A DNA stretch of 64,000 nt from Bacteroidia bacterium (GTDB lineage: Bacteria; Bacteroidota; Bacteroidia; UKL13-3): assembly GCA_023151275.1 (NCBI GenBank), contig JAKLJI010000004.1, forward strand, positions 4,946-68,945, in the 5' to 3' direction. Below the pieces are notes generated by a model. It was not told where the DNA came from and searched no databases. It saw only the letters and a list, made by a program, of their open reading frames with translations. Both the position numbers and the translations under genes were made by a program. Shown here in pieces: positions 39,717-50,310 of the stretch (positions within the stretch are counted from its first letter, which is position 1; every line of letters starts with the position of its first letter).

Positions 39717-41312
39717 ATGAAGCTTAAAATGAATCTTTTGCCTTTGTTGGCCTTTCTTTTGTTTTCAATTGGTGCAGCACAAAGTCAACCCTTTCAAATT
39801 GCCCTGCATCCAAAAACAGGTATGCAATTGCCGGCCATTCAATCATTCGCATGGGGAAACTTTGGCGATTACGTTTTTCTTTTTGGAGGTCGCACCGATG
39901 GACTTCACAGACGCCAGCCTGTATTTAGTTTTGCTGCATCAGGCAACAATACTCAGGTTTACCTTATCCATAACCGAACCTTTGAGGTTAAATCCTTTTC
40001 CTTAAGTCTTTTACCAAGTGGCATTCAGGAGCAATTGCAGAGTACCAATATGCAATTTGCCCAATACGGTAACTATTTGCTTTTAACCGGTGGCTATGCT
40101 TATTCGGCAACTCAGGCCAACCACATTACATTTCCAAATTTGACTGTTGTAGATTTGGAAGTGCTTTATTCGGCCTTTCAACAAAATGCAAATTTTTCAC
40201 AGGCCTTTAGGCAAATTTCTGATCAACGGATGGCTGTAACCGGTGGGCACATGGTTGCAATTGGGGATCGCTTTTTTCTCGCGGGTGGCAATCGATTCGA
40301 TGGAAGATACAATCCCATGGGCGGCGCTTCTTATGTGCAAAAGTACACCAATTCTATCCGTTCCTTTAACCTGAATCTTGCCGATACTCAGCTTACAATT
40401 CTTGATTTTCAGGAATGGACAGATAGTTTGAATTTGCATCGCAGAGACTATAATCTAACCCCTTTTCGTGCTGCAAATGGCCATACAAAATTTCATATCT
40501 GGTCAGGAGTTTTTCAATATGGGGTTGATTTACCTTGGTTAAATGTGGTGGAGTTTGATGAAGTCAGCTTCCAAGTAATTCCCAATTTCAACCAGTATTT
40601 GAATCAATACCATACTGCCAATGCTGTACTTTATGATTCGGCAACTCAAACCAATTTCACCCTTTTCTTTGGAGGAATTGGTCAGTACCAGTATCAAAAT
40701 GGTACTTTGGTCAGAAATGATAGTGTTCCATTTGTGAGAACTATTAGCTGTGTTGAAAGAAAGTCAAATGGTGTGATGGCTGAATTTGAACTTCCTGTTC
40801 AAATGCCCGGTTATCAGGGTGCTTCTGCCGAGTTTATTCCTGCCACCGATTTGCAAGGCGATGAACATAGTGTTTTTGTTTTACCTCCTAGCATAAAGGA
40901 TTCAATTTTGTTGGGAACTGTTTATGGGGGGATTTCGAGCACTGCTCCCAATATTTTCTTTACAAATACCGGAACCCAAAGTTCTGCTTTAGGCACATGG
41001 ACAGATGTTTGGCTGAAACCAGGTAAAGCCACTGCCATTCCAGTTAAAGAAATGAGTAGGGTAGAATTGGATGTTTTTCCCAATCCATTTTGCCAATTTT
41101 TACAAGTACGGGTTCCAGAAGCCTTTAAAAACGATTATAGTTTTTCATTGTTAACTATGCATGGGAAAAAACTGGAATTGCCTCCTATAAAGCAAGATGG
41201 AAATTCTTTCCAGTTTGATTTCTCCCAAGTGAATATTCAGGGAGTACTTTTTTTAGAGATTTCTTCGCCCAAGGGAAAGTCACTAATCAAACTTATTCAT
41301 AACTGTAATTAA
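39717..41312 (+). CDS. secreted Kelch/beta-propeller-like protein with a T9SS C-terminal sorting domain
   Basis: Signal peptide. Repeated GG..-containing blade-like segments. C-terminus VELDVFPNPFCQFLQVRVPE...LFLEISSPKGKSLIKLIHN. Confidence 0.55.
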   Translation: MKLKMNLLPLLAFLLFSIGAAQSQPFQIALHPKTGMQLPAIQSFAWGNFGDYVFLFGGRTDGLHRRQPVFSFAASGNNTQVYLIHNRTFEVKSFSLSLLPSGIQEQLQSTNMQFAQYGNYLLLTGGYAYSATQANHITFPNLTVVDLEVLYSAFQQNANFSQAFRQISDQRMAVTGGHMVAIGDRFFLAGGNRFDGRYNPMGGASYVQKYTNSIRSFNLNLADTQLTILDFQEWTDSLNLHRRDYNLTPFRAANGHTKFHIWSGVFQYGVDLPWLNVVEFDEVSFQVIPNFNQYLNQYHTANAVLYDSATQTNFTLFFGGIGQYQYQNGTLVRNDSVPFVRTISCVERKSNGVMAEFELPVQMPGYQGASAEFIPATDLQGDEHSVFVLPPSIKDSILLGTVYGGISSTAPNIFFTNTGTQSSALGTWTDVWLKPGKATAIPVKEMSRVELDVFPNPFCQFLQVRVPEAFKNDYSFSLLTMHGKKLELPPIKQDGNSFQFDFSQVNIQGVLFLEISSPKGKSLIKLIHNCN

Positions 41313-41516
41313 ACCCGGATTATGCATTTGAACTTCGTCATGAGGGCCAAAATGCCAAAGAAATAGGCAGTTTCACGAGCAAGGCATAATGTATTGTTAT
41401 GGTGAGTGAGTGAAACTGAGTTTACGCCCAATTTCACAGGCATTTTGGGCAGTAATAGATGGTCAAATGCGTATTCCTGGTTAAATCTGGTTTTCATTAG
41501 GGGTTTTGATTACCGG

Positions 41517-41551
41517 AGGCCGGCGGAGTTTTCTGCCGGCTTTTTTTTGTC
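41517..41551 (+). terminator. rho-independent terminator about 200 nt downstream of the 39717-41312 gene
   Basis: gccggcgg-agtttt-ctgccggc followed by T8. Confidence 0.6.
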
Positions 41552-41646
41552 AGGTTGAATACATCAAACAACCGATGGTATAAAATTGAAATTCAGGAGG
41601 AAGAATTACAGAACTGCTGAGTATTTTTGTTTTATTCGTTCAATTT

Positions 41647-44262
41647 ATGCTTAAAAATTTACTCTTTAGTTTATTCCTTCTTGCGGTAATTGGCTCAGTA
41701 AAGGGCCAAGTGCATTCCCGAAATGCTGGAGTTACATTTCGCTTTGATGATTACCAGGAGCCTGCCAAGCTTGAGAAAATCAGGACTGTTTTTAAGCAAT
41801 ACGGTTTTCATTTTGTGCATGGAGTAAATCCTTCCAATGCTTACCTCTACGCTGATTCAAATGCCTATTGGAATCTACTGAGAACCCTTCAAGCAGAAGG
41901 CCATGAATTGGCAGATCAAACGCCCAATGATATGACCCATTTTTTCAAGTATCATTTGCCGGAAGAGGCTGCCTATTTTGCCGCAAAGCCTGGAGTTGAT
42001 CATGTGAATACCCTCGAAAAACGGGTTTGTTTGAATTATACCATCAATGATTTTTCGGGAGTTGGAAACGAAAGTCGAGTAACCATAAAAGACAATATGA
42101 TTATCTCCGGAAAAAACGGAGAATGGAATGCCGAGAACACTTGGGGTGATAACTATTTCACCCATTTGTACCTGCCTGCCACCAATCAGGTACTGGGTTT
42201 GGCCTATTTCCACAGCACAGTGCCAAGCGACCCCGATACTGCTTTTGTTCGTTCGTTTTGGGGTGAAACCATCAGCTTGAACAACGCAACAAATGTTGAG
42301 TACCGAAAAATTTCTCCCTTTGATATCAGCATTGCAAACGATGGGGTTAGGTTACTGGCTCAATACAGCCAAATGCTTTTCGCAGCCAATCAGCTTAAGG
42401 CTCCAACTGTTTTTCTTCAACCCGGAAATTCTACTCCGTATCTAAGCAGCAAGCAAGTGCAGGAAATTTATGAGGCAGAATACGGCTATACCTGCGGAAA
42501 TGTCTATCCCCTCAAACAAAATACTTACTTGTTTAGCAATCCGGAAGGCAATAATCATTTCAAAATTCGAGGTGGGGATTTTACCGAGGAATACAATTCA
42601 GTTGCTGAAATCATCAAGCTAATTGCCGATAACTCTGCTTCGCATATTGTTACTGTAAGCCTGAATCACCTCAGTTCATGGGGAGGTGCTGCGCAAATTG
42701 ATGATGTGGTGGCCAAGCTTCAGCAAATTTTGGCCTTTTGCAAAACCCATTCAATTCCCGTAAGAACCTATTCGGAAGTAAATGCCGATTTAAACTTGTC
42801 TTCCGTTTATTCAGCAGAAAACATCTTTCCAAGTCTATCCCGCGACCGTGATGTGGATGGCAACCCCGATGGAATTGTATTGGGTGTTGGAAATTATTCG
42901 CCAAATGGTGGTCCCGATAACCTGCCTTATTTGTCGGGAAACATTGGCGGCCAATTGCTTCGAGTTCCGATTTTAGGTGGATTAACCAAAGGTTGGAACC
43001 AAATGAGCATGAAAACCAAAGGGGGAAAAAATCAATGGGAGAACATTGGTATGTATATGCAATTACCGGAGGCCAATATGGATTTATTGCGGACTTTTCC
43101 GGCAGATACTCCCGATTGGACCACACAAACGGTTTGGTTTTATGTGCCCGAAAATGTGAATGTAATAAGCATTTACTTAAACCTAAATGCACCCCTGGGT
43201 TCAACTATTTATGTGAGCGATATTCGATTAAACGGATACCAATCTCCACAAATTTTGGCGGGTAGATTAGCAAGAAAAGCCAATCAGGCATTTCCGGTGT
43301 TGGATTTAGACAATAAGGTAAAATCAGAAACCTATCTTCCTTCCACCTTAACCTGGGAAATTCTGAATCAAGGAGTTTCCAATACAGCCGAAATCAGAAA
43401 TCGAAATTTGTATGTGTATCCCAATAAGCATTTTCAAACTGGGGAAGACCAGGTTCTCATTCGGGTTTTTCATCCTTCAGATAGCTTGTATGCAGATACA
43501 GCGGTCATAAGTTTAGTGGCAACTGAGGCGGTTGCCTGCAAAAACTGCCGTCAAACCTTGGAGGTGCTTCCTTCACCGGATGATTCGGTGTACACCTGGA
43601 CATCGAGTCCGCAAAGCACCATTCGTTACGGAGCCTTGCCCTATAAAATTGAAGTTCAACCTACTGCCCCAACTACGTTTCAGCTTCAAATTACCAAAAA
43701 GGGAGGTGCCATGGGTTCCCATGCTCATCAATTTAGGTTGAACGATCCCTTTGAATACCCGGGAGGCTCGAAGATGCTTTATTTTGAATCAGCGCCGGCC
43801 TTGGCCATTCCATTAAAGGCAAGTGGACTTCCCAACTTTTACCATACCGTTGCCATTCACAAGAATTTCAACCAGCATCAGGCACAATTCAACAATCAGA
43901 ATTTGATGCCAGATACCCTTTACATCCTTAGAAATGCAGGGTATTCCGGGTTTGATAATTTGGATTTGGTATTCACCAGCCCAAGCTGCGATCGCTTGTT
44001 GTTTACCATTCAAACCAGCACCTATCCGGTTGGATTGGAGGAGCAGGTTGGCAAAAAGCTACAGGTATTCCCGAGTCCATTTACAGAATTGTTGCAGGTA
44101 AAGGGAATTGAGAATGGAAGTTCCTTTGTTGTGTTTGATTTGAATGGACGTTTGATTGCCACAGGTCAGGTTCAAAACGAAGAATTGGAGCTAAAAGGTC
44201 TGGAACCTGGCATGTATGTGTTGAAAATAGGCGAAGGCTATTGCCGGTTGATAAAGAATTGA
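41647..44262 (+). CDS. large secreted protein with a T9SS C-terminal sorting domain
   Basis: Signal peptide. C-terminus LQVFPSPFTELLQVKG...GMYVLKIGEGYCRLIKN. Confidence 0.55.
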   Translation: MLKNLLFSLFLLAVIGSVKGQVHSRNAGVTFRFDDYQEPAKLEKIRTVFKQYGFHFVHGVNPSNAYLYADSNAYWNLLRTLQAEGHELADQTPNDMTHFFKYHLPEEAAYFAAKPGVDHVNTLEKRVCLNYTINDFSGVGNESRVTIKDNMIISGKNGEWNAENTWGDNYFTHLYLPATNQVLGLAYFHSTVPSDPDTAFVRSFWGETISLNNATNVEYRKISPFDISIANDGVRLLAQYSQMLFAANQLKAPTVFLQPGNSTPYLSSKQVQEIYEAEYGYTCGNVYPLKQNTYLFSNPEGNNHFKIRGGDFTEEYNSVAEIIKLIADNSASHIVTVSLNHLSSWGGAAQIDDVVAKLQQILAFCKTHSIPVRTYSEVNADLNLSSVYSAENIFPSLSRDRDVDGNPDGIVLGVGNYSPNGGPDNLPYLSGNIGGQLLRVPILGGLTKGWNQMSMKTKGGKNQWENIGMYMQLPEANMDLLRTFPADTPDWTTQTVWFYVPENVNVISIYLNLNAPLGSTIYVSDIRLNGYQSPQILAGRLARKANQAFPVLDLDNKVKSETYLPSTLTWEILNQGVSNTAEIRNRNLYVYPNKHFQTGEDQVLIRVFHPSDSLYADTAVISLVATEAVACKNCRQTLEVLPSPDDSVYTWTSSPQSTIRYGALPYKIEVQPTAPTTFQLQITKKGGAMGSHAHQFRLNDPFEYPGGSKMLYFESAPALAIPLKASGLPNFYHTVAIHKNFNQHQAQFNNQNLMPDTLYILRNAGYSGFDNLDLVFTSPSCDRLLFTIQTSTYPVGLEEQVGKKLQVFPSPFTELLQVKGIENGSSFVVFDLNGRLIATGQVQNEELELKGLEPGMYVLKIGEGYCRLIKN

Positions 44263-44269
44263 GGATTAG

Positions 44270-44575
44270 GGAATCTTCAATATTTGGTTCTATAAACCTA
44301 TTACCCCTTCAGGGTGAAATTTCGGATTACCATTTCGGTTTCAACTGTACCACCGTTCCGGATTCAATTCTAGGATAATTCTGGAACCTGATTTGGTTGT
44401 TATTTGTAATAATAATCCCGAAGGGATTGCAGGTTTATAGAAATTAGATGGATTGGACGGCAGTTCGACCCCAAAGGGGTCGTAGGTTTATAGCAATGGG
44501 TTAGTCATCAAAATTCGACCCTGAAGGGGTCGCAGAAACCACCGCAATCCCTTGGTTTTACTATGCTTTTCCCTT
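44270..44575. repeat. about 270-bp repeat unit (one copy) carrying REP-like palindromes, on the 3' flank of the Y1 transposase
   Basis: Near-identical to the units at 45295-45690. It contains the palindromes cgaccccaaaggggtcg and cgaccctgaaggggtcg. Confidence 0.75.
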
Positions 44576-44585
44576 GGTCAATTTT

Positions 44586-45047
44586 TTAATCAATCCAATT
44601 GAATAAATACTTTTCATCATGTTCAATTTCAAATTTCTTTAAAAAGTCAATATACTCCTCCTTGAAGGATGTTTTTTTATGATGCTCTTTTTGATTTTCG
44701 ATGTATTTCACCACGGCATCAATTTGTGAATGGCTGTATGAAAATGCGCCATAACCATCCTGCCAACTGAAATTAAACTTGGAAAATTTGTTTAACTGAA
44801 TGAATTCATTGCTACTTTTCTTTATTTCCCTTATCAAATCAGAAAGGCAACAAGAAGGTTTCATGCCTATGAAAATGTGGATATGATCCGCCATGCCATT
44901 TATTGCGATCAGTTTTTGCTGTTTAGCCCTTACTATACCTGTAATGTATTGGTAAAGTCTTTCTTCCCATTCTTTTTCGATTAGGCTTTCTCTCCCTTTT
45001 ACAGCAAATACCACTTGAATGTAAATTTGTGAAAATGTTCCCGCCAT
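44586..45047 (-). mobile_element. tnpA: IS200/IS605-family Y1 (HuH) transposase, RAYT-like
   Basis: 153 aa. HuH motif DHIHIFI, and the size and architecture of TnpA(IS200) / REP-associated tyrosine transposases. Confidence 0.8.
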
Positions 45048-45230
45048 ATTTCTATTTTTTTATTAAGTCAATTTGCACAAGCTGAAAGTCTTTTTAGTTT
45101 AAAATTTATGAAGTGCAATTTACCTTGAATGCTTGGGGAAATCCAATTTTGGCTCCAATAGCTTTGAATTTAAAGGACGATTTTGAGGCTGTTGTTATTA
45201 GGAATAGCAGTACTTCAGTAAAATCGGGCC

Positions 45231-45690
45231 ATGAAATTAAAAAAGGAAAATGGTGGAGGTGATTGTACGACCCCTTCAGGGGCGTGTGAATCCTATTCGC
45301 AATTTGTCCTATAAACCTATCACCCCTTCAGGGTGAATTTTTGGTTCACCATTTCGGTTTCAACTGTACCACCATTTCAGATTCAATGGTTAGATAATTC
45401 TGGAATCTTATTTGATTGCTATTTGCATCTATTATCCCAAAGGGATTACAGGTTTATAGAAATTAGATGGATTGGACGGCAGCTCGACCCCAAAGGGGTC
45501 GTAGGTTTATAGCAATGGGTTAGTCATGAAAGTTCGACCCTGAAGGGGTCGCAGAATTCTACACGCCGATTTGTCCTAAAAACCTATCAACCCATCAGGG
45601 TGAAATTTCGGATTACCATTTCGGTTTCAACTGTACCACCATTCCGGATTCAATTGTTGGATATGACCCATTCAAACAAAAAAGGCGATC
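45231..45690. repeat. about 1.4 tandem copies of the about 270-bp REP-bearing unit on the 5' flank of the transposase
   Basis: A full unit at about 45295-45570, then a partial second unit at about 45573-45690. There is an additional REP-like palindrome acgaccccttcaggggcgt at about 45266-45284. Confidence 0.75.
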
Positions 45691-45710
45691 AACAATTGAC
45701 CGCCTTTTAT
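45675..45710 (-). terminator. rho-independent terminator of lpd
   Basis: On the minus strand: ggcggtcaa-ttg-ttgatcgcc followed by ttttttgtttg. Confidence 0.6.
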
Positions 45711-45728
45711 TGTAATTATTCGTTTGGT

Positions 45729-47117
45729 TTACAAATGGATGCATTCTCCATAAGCCTGGGCTGCTGCTTCCATTACCGCTTCCGACATGGTTGGATGCGG
45801 GTGAACGGTTTTTATGATTTCCATGCCTGTTGTTTCCAACTTGCGTGCCGCAACAATTTCGGCAATCATTTCGGTAACATTGGCTCCTACCATGTGGGCT
45901 CCCAATAATTCACCGTATTTGGCATCAAAAATAACCTTAACAAATCCTTCTTTGGCGCCTGCTGCCGATGCTTTTCCGCTGGCTGAGAATGGGAACTTGC
46001 CAACTTTGATTTCATATCCGGCTTCCTTTGCTGCTTTTTCGGTATAACCAACCGAAGCAACTTCTGGCGAACAATACGTACAACCCGGGATATTGTTGTA
46101 GTTCAAAGGTTCAGGATGGTGTCCCGCAATTTTCTCAACGCAAATAATGCCTTCTGCCGAAGCCACGTGCGCCAAAGCCGGACCTTTTACAATATCACCA
46201 ATGGCATAAACTCCCTTGATATTGGTTGCATAGTAATCATCAACCACTACTTTGCCCTTATCGGTTTTTACACCAACAGATTCCAGACCTAGGTTTTCAA
46301 GATTGGTTTGAATACCTACTGCAGATAAAACTACATCGGCTTCCAAATCAACCATGCCTGAGGCAGTTTTAACTTTTACCTTACAGCCTTTTCCGCTGGT
46401 ATCAACAGATTCAACCGAGGCTGAAGTCATAATTTCAATACCCGATTTCTTGAAAGATTTTGCAACTTCTTTTGAAACCTCTTCATCCTCGATAGGAAGA
46501 ATATTGGGCATAAACTCAACAATAGTAACCTTGGTTCCCATGCTGTTGTAGAAATAAGCAAACTCGCAACCAATGGCACCAGAGCCCATAACCACCATTG
46601 ATTTTGGCTGCTCGGCCATAACCATTGCTTCGCGATATCCAATAACCTTTTTTCCGTCGAGTTTTACATTGGGCAATTCGCGACTGCGAGCGCCGGTGGC
46701 TAAGATTATGTGTTTAGCTTCAACCGTTTTCTTGCTTCCGCTAGCTTCAGTTACTTCAACTTTAGAACCTGAAAGCAATTTGCCATAGCCTTGAATAACA
46801 TCGATTTTGTTTTTCTTCATCAAAAAAGCAATTCCTTTACTCATGCCTTCAGCAACACCGCGACTGCGTTTTACAACAGCACCAAAATCATGCTCGGCGC
46901 TAGAAACTGTAATTCCGTAATCCTTGGCATGTCGGATATATTCAAAAACCTGTGCAGATTTTAATAAGGCCTTGGTGGGGATACAACCCCAGTTCAGACA
47001 TACTCCACCCAGTTCTGCTTTTTCAACAATGGCAGTTTTCATTCCCAGCTGGCTGGCACGAATAGCAGCAACATATCCACCGGGACCACTTCCGATTACA
47101 ACAACATCGTAATTCAT
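45729..47117 (-). CDS. lpd: dihydrolipoyl dehydrogenase
   Basis: FAD motif GSGPGGY. Redox-active disulfide GGVCLNWGCIPTK. Confidence 0.9.
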   Translation of the reverse strand: MNYDVVVIGSGPGGYVAAIRASQLGMKTAIVEKAELGGVCLNWGCIPTKALLKSAQVFEYIRHAKDYGITVSSAEHDFGAVVKRSRGVAEGMSKGIAFLMKKNKIDVIQGYGKLLSGSKVEVTEASGSKKTVEAKHIILATGARSRELPNVKLDGKKVIGYREAMVMAEQPKSMVVMGSGAIGCEFAYFYNSMGTKVTIVEFMPNILPIEDEEVSKEVAKSFKKSGIEIMTSASVESVDTSGKGCKVKVKTASGMVDLEADVVLSAVGIQTNLENLGLESVGVKTDKGKVVVDDYYATNIKGVYAIGDIVKGPALAHVASAEGIICVEKIAGHHPEPLNYNNIPGCTYCSPEVASVGYTEKAAKEAGYEIKVGKFPFSASGKASAAGAKEGFVKVIFDAKYGELLGAHMVGANVTEMIAEIVAARKLETTGMEIIKTVHPHPTMSEAVMEAAAQAYGECIHL

Positions 47118-47214
47118 GTTCGTTTAGATTTGGCGCAAAATAAAGGAATCGCAGCAATTATTCCGCTTTCCTAATTTCTATAACCCTTTCTGCTACCCAA
47201 TTATTTGACTTAAT

Positions 47215-47673
47215 TTGCAGCCAAAATTACTAAACATGCGTACAGCTGAAATCCATACCAACAAAGGACTCATGAAGATTGAGTTTTTTGAAAAAGATGC
47301 TCCTCAAACCGTAGAAAATTTCTGTAAACTGGCCACTAGCGGATATTACAACGGCGTAAGCTTTCACCGCGTTATTCCTGATTTTGTTATTCAAGGCGGC
47401 GACCCCACCGGTACAGGTGCAGGTGGTCCCGGATATACCATTCCCTGCGAATTGGATGGCGATAACCAATACCACGATCGTGGTGTGTTAAGTATGGCAC
47501 ATCGAGGAAGAAATACCGGCGGTTCACAGTTCTTTATCTGCCACAACCGTTCAAATACCCAACATCTTGATAGAAACCATACTTGCTTTGGAAAAGTGGT
47601 TGAAGGTTTAGATGTAATCGACCAGATTCGTCAGGGCGATGTGATGGAGAAAGTTTTGATTGTTGAAGCTTAA
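47215..47673 (+). CDS. ppiB: cyclophilin-type peptidyl-prolyl cis-trans isomerase
   Basis: [16 protein letters not shown] signature. Confidence 0.85.
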   Translation: MQPKLLNMRTAEIHTNKGLMKIEFFEKDAPQTVENFCKLATSGYYNGVSFHRVIPDFVIQGGDPTGTGAGGPGYTIPCELDGDNQYHDRGVLSMAHRGRNTGGSQFFICHNRSNTQHLDRNHTCFGKVVEGLDVIDQIRQGDVMEKVLIVEA

Positions 47674-47685
47674 GCCGAATCCACT

Positions 47686-48957
47686 ATGTTGCAAATTCAA
47701 ACCATCCGCGAAAATCTGGAGGATGTTAAACGCAAACTGGCCAAGAAACTGGTAAAAAACCTGGATGATTTGGACGAGTTGCTTCGCCTGGACGATGAAA
47801 AACGTCAGTTGAAAGTAAGTGTAGAAAACAATCAGGCTGAAGCCAATCAACTTGCCAAGAAAATTGGCGAATTGATGAAGGCAGGTCAGAAAGAAGAAGC
47901 CGAACAGCTAAAACTTCGTTCAACCGAACTTAAGGAATTGGCTCGTCAAGGTGAGGAAGAGCTGAAGTCGCTCGAAGAAAAGAGTTTCCAGATTTTGGTT
48001 TCGTTCCCCAACATGCCAAGCGATGAGGTTCCTGAAGGAAAAACTCCTGAAGAGAATATTAATGTTTACCAATGGGGAGAGGTGCCAACATTACACGAGG
48101 CCGCAGTTCCACACTGGGATTTAATCAAGAAATACGACCTGATTGATTTTGAATTGGGTGTGAAAATTGCAGGGGCTGGATTTCCGGTTTATAAAAACAA
48201 AGGTGCCCGTTTGCAACGCGCGCTTATTAACTTTTTCCTGGATGAAGCCACCAAAGCAGGTTATACCGAAGTTCAACCACCCATTGTAGTTAACGCTGAT
48301 TCTGGTTTTGGAACCGGCCAGCTTCCAGACAAAGAAGGGCAGATGTATCATGTTACTGCCGATGAGTTGTACCTGATCCCTACTGCCGAAGTTCCTATTA
48401 CCAATTTGTACCGAGATGTAATTCTGAAAGAAGAGGATTTGCCGATTAAAAACGTAGGCTATACACCATGTTTCCGTCGTGAAGCCGGAGCCTGGGGAGC
48501 TCATGTGCGTGGTTTGAATCGTCTCCATCAGTTTGATAAGGTAGAAATTGTTCAACTTGCTCACCCCGATTCCTCCTACCAGATTTTGGAAGAAATGGTG
48601 AAGCATGTTCAAGGTCTTTTGGAAAAGCTTGAACTCCCTTACCGGATTCTGCGCCTTTGTGGTGGCGATATGGGATTCTCTTCAGCCCTAACCTACGATT
48701 TTGAAACGTATAGTGCAGCTCAACAACGTTGGTTGGAAGTGAGCTCCACTTCAAATTTTGAAAGCTTTCAGGCCAACCGCATGAAATGCAGATTCAAGCC
48801 AAAAGAAGGAAAAAATCAACTGGTTCACACCTTAAATGGCAGCGCTCTTGCGCTTCCTCGCATTGTGGCCACCCTGTTGGAAAACAACCAGACGCCTGAG
48901 GGAATTCGCATTCCAAAAGCCTTGGTTCCTTATACCGGCTTTGATTTTATTAGTTAA
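47686..48957 (+). CDS. serS: serine--tRNA ligase
   Basis: N-terminal coiled-coil arm plus a class II catalytic core. Confidence 0.95.
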   Translation: MLQIQTIRENLEDVKRKLAKKLVKNLDDLDELLRLDDEKRQLKVSVENNQAEANQLAKKIGELMKAGQKEEAEQLKLRSTELKELARQGEEELKSLEEKSFQILVSFPNMPSDEVPEGKTPEENINVYQWGEVPTLHEAAVPHWDLIKKYDLIDFELGVKIAGAGFPVYKNKGARLQRALINFFLDEATKAGYTEVQPPIVVNADSGFGTGQLPDKEGQMYHVTADELYLIPTAEVPITNLYRDVILKEEDLPIKNVGYTPCFRREAGAWGAHVRGLNRLHQFDKVEIVQLAHPDSSYQILEEMVKHVQGLLEKLELPYRILRLCGGDMGFSSALTYDFETYSAAQQRWLEVSSTSNFESFQANRMKCRFKPKEGKNQLVHTLNGSALALPRIVATLLENNQTPEGIRIPKALVPYTGFDFIS

Positions 48958-48971
48958 ATCAATTTAAGTAA

Positions 48972-49002
48972 AAGGGGAAGCCATTTTGGTTCCCCCTTTT
49001 TT
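48972..49002 (+). terminator. rho-independent terminator after serS
   Basis: ggggaagcc-atttt-ggttcccc followed by T6. Confidence 0.6.
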
Positions 49003-49010
49003 AATAACAC

Positions 49011-49574
49011 ATGGGATTAATTGCGCACCTCCACCAATTTTGTGAATTGGATAGCCAGGCAATTTCCTGGTTAGAAAACCATGTGGTTGAAGGCAGGAAT
49101 GCCAAAGGAACGATATTGCTGGACTGTGAGCAGGTTTGTAATCACCTGTTTTTTATTAAATCCGGACTAGTTTGCGGAATTTTAGAAGCTCCCGACCAAG
49201 ACCATTGCACTTGGCTCGCCGAAGAAAATGCGCTTGCTACTTCTTATTACAGTTTTTTAAGCAGGCAACCCTCACCCGAACGTATTGAGGCTTTGGAAGA
49301 TACCATCTGGGAGGCTTTGTCCTACGATGATATTGAGGAACTTTACAAAAAGTTTCCTGTCACCGAAAGAGCAGGAAGGAAAATCCTGGAAGCTTACTAC
49401 GCTCAGTTGGAAGAACGCTGGCTTTCTTTGCAACTCAATACAGCTGCCGACAGGTACAAAAAACTAGTTTTGAAACGACCTGCTCTCTTGCAAAGAGTAA
49501 GTTTAGGGAAAATTGCTTCTTATCTCGGAATAAAACAAGAAACCTTAAGTAGAATTAGGGCCGGAAAGGCATGA
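49011..49574 (+). CDS. Crp/Fnr-family transcriptional regulator
   Basis: cNMP-binding-like N-terminal domain plus a C-terminal HTH (ETLSRIRAGKA). Confidence 0.7.
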   Translation: MGLIAHLHQFCELDSQAISWLENHVVEGRNAKGTILLDCEQVCNHLFFIKSGLVCGILEAPDQDHCTWLAEENALATSYYSFLSRQPSPERIEALEDTIWEALSYDDIEELYKKFPVTERAGRKILEAYYAQLEERWLSLQLNTAADRYKKLVLKRPALLQRVSLGKIASYLGIKQETLSRIRAGKA

Positions 49575-49648
49575 ATTCCTTTTTGATTTTTGTCAAAGGT
49601 GGCTTTGCTCTACTCTCTGCAACTTTGTGCCTGTAATATCTACGCACC

Positions 49649-50236
49649 ATGATAACTAATTTGCAATTGTTCAGCCTTAATGGCTTGCTATTTTTGATTT
49701 CGGCCTCACTTTTTACGATGTCCTGCTCAAACCGGTTTTCAGAATGCCATCCAAATGGCACTAACTCCATGAATGGTGGATTTGAAGAATCAGTCGATGG
49801 GTATCCTGCAAATTGGTTATTGTATACCAATAAGGCAGCAGCTTCCGGCGATTTTACCCTAACTTTAAATTCTTCGGATAGGGTAGAAGGGAAGCAAGCA
49901 CTCGAATTCTCAATTAATACCTGCTCCAACAAAGGAGGTTACTTGTCACCGGGATTTACAAATGAATTCGATGCAAAACCGGGAAGATCTTACCTGATTA
50001 GCTTTTATACAAAATCTTCCCCTGAAACGAAATGGATTTTCAAGCTTAGTGGAGTTACCGCTAAGAAAGGATTTGGTGAAAAAGTTATTTCCTCTCCTGC
50101 AGCTTCATCAAATTGGGAAAAACACGAACTTAAGTTTACCCAACCCGAAAATGCCAAAAGAATACGCATGGAACTGAATGTACTTAGTACCGGTAAGTTT
50201 CTAATAGACGGAATTGAAATGCACGAAGTAAATTAA
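49649..50236 (+). CDS. hypothetical lipoprotein with a carbohydrate-binding-module-like (jelly-roll) domain
   Basis: Lipobox TMSCS. The GGFE...W...Y pattern is CBM-like. Confidence 0.35.
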   Translation: MITNLQLFSLNGLLFLISASLFTMSCSNRFSECHPNGTNSMNGGFEESVDGYPANWLLYTNKAAASGDFTLTLNSSDRVEGKQALEFSINTCSNKGGYLSPGFTNEFDAKPGRSYLISFYTKSSPETKWIFKLSGVTAKKGFGEKVISSPAASSNWEKHELKFTQPENAKRIRMELNVLSTGKFLIDGIEMHEVN

Positions 50237-50261
50237 AGTATCAAATCCCATGTGCATGTGC

Positions 50262-50300
50262 AACAAAAAAGCCATCTGAATTTTCAGACGGCTTTTTTTT
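50262..50300. terminator. bidirectional terminator shared by the lipoprotein gene and tig
   Basis: A6-gccatctgaa-ttttcagacggc-T8. Confidence 0.7.
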
Positions 50301-50310
50301 GGAGTACCAA

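Noticed and set aside
41309-41497. 62-aa minus-strand ORF downstream of the Kelch-like T9SS gene
   Set aside because: No supporting signals. It more likely lies within a 3' UTR or sRNA region.
45600-45908. 102-aa plus-strand ORF spanning the REP units and the lpd 3' end
   Set aside because: It overlaps the convincing lpd gene and the non-coding repeat units, and it has no start context.
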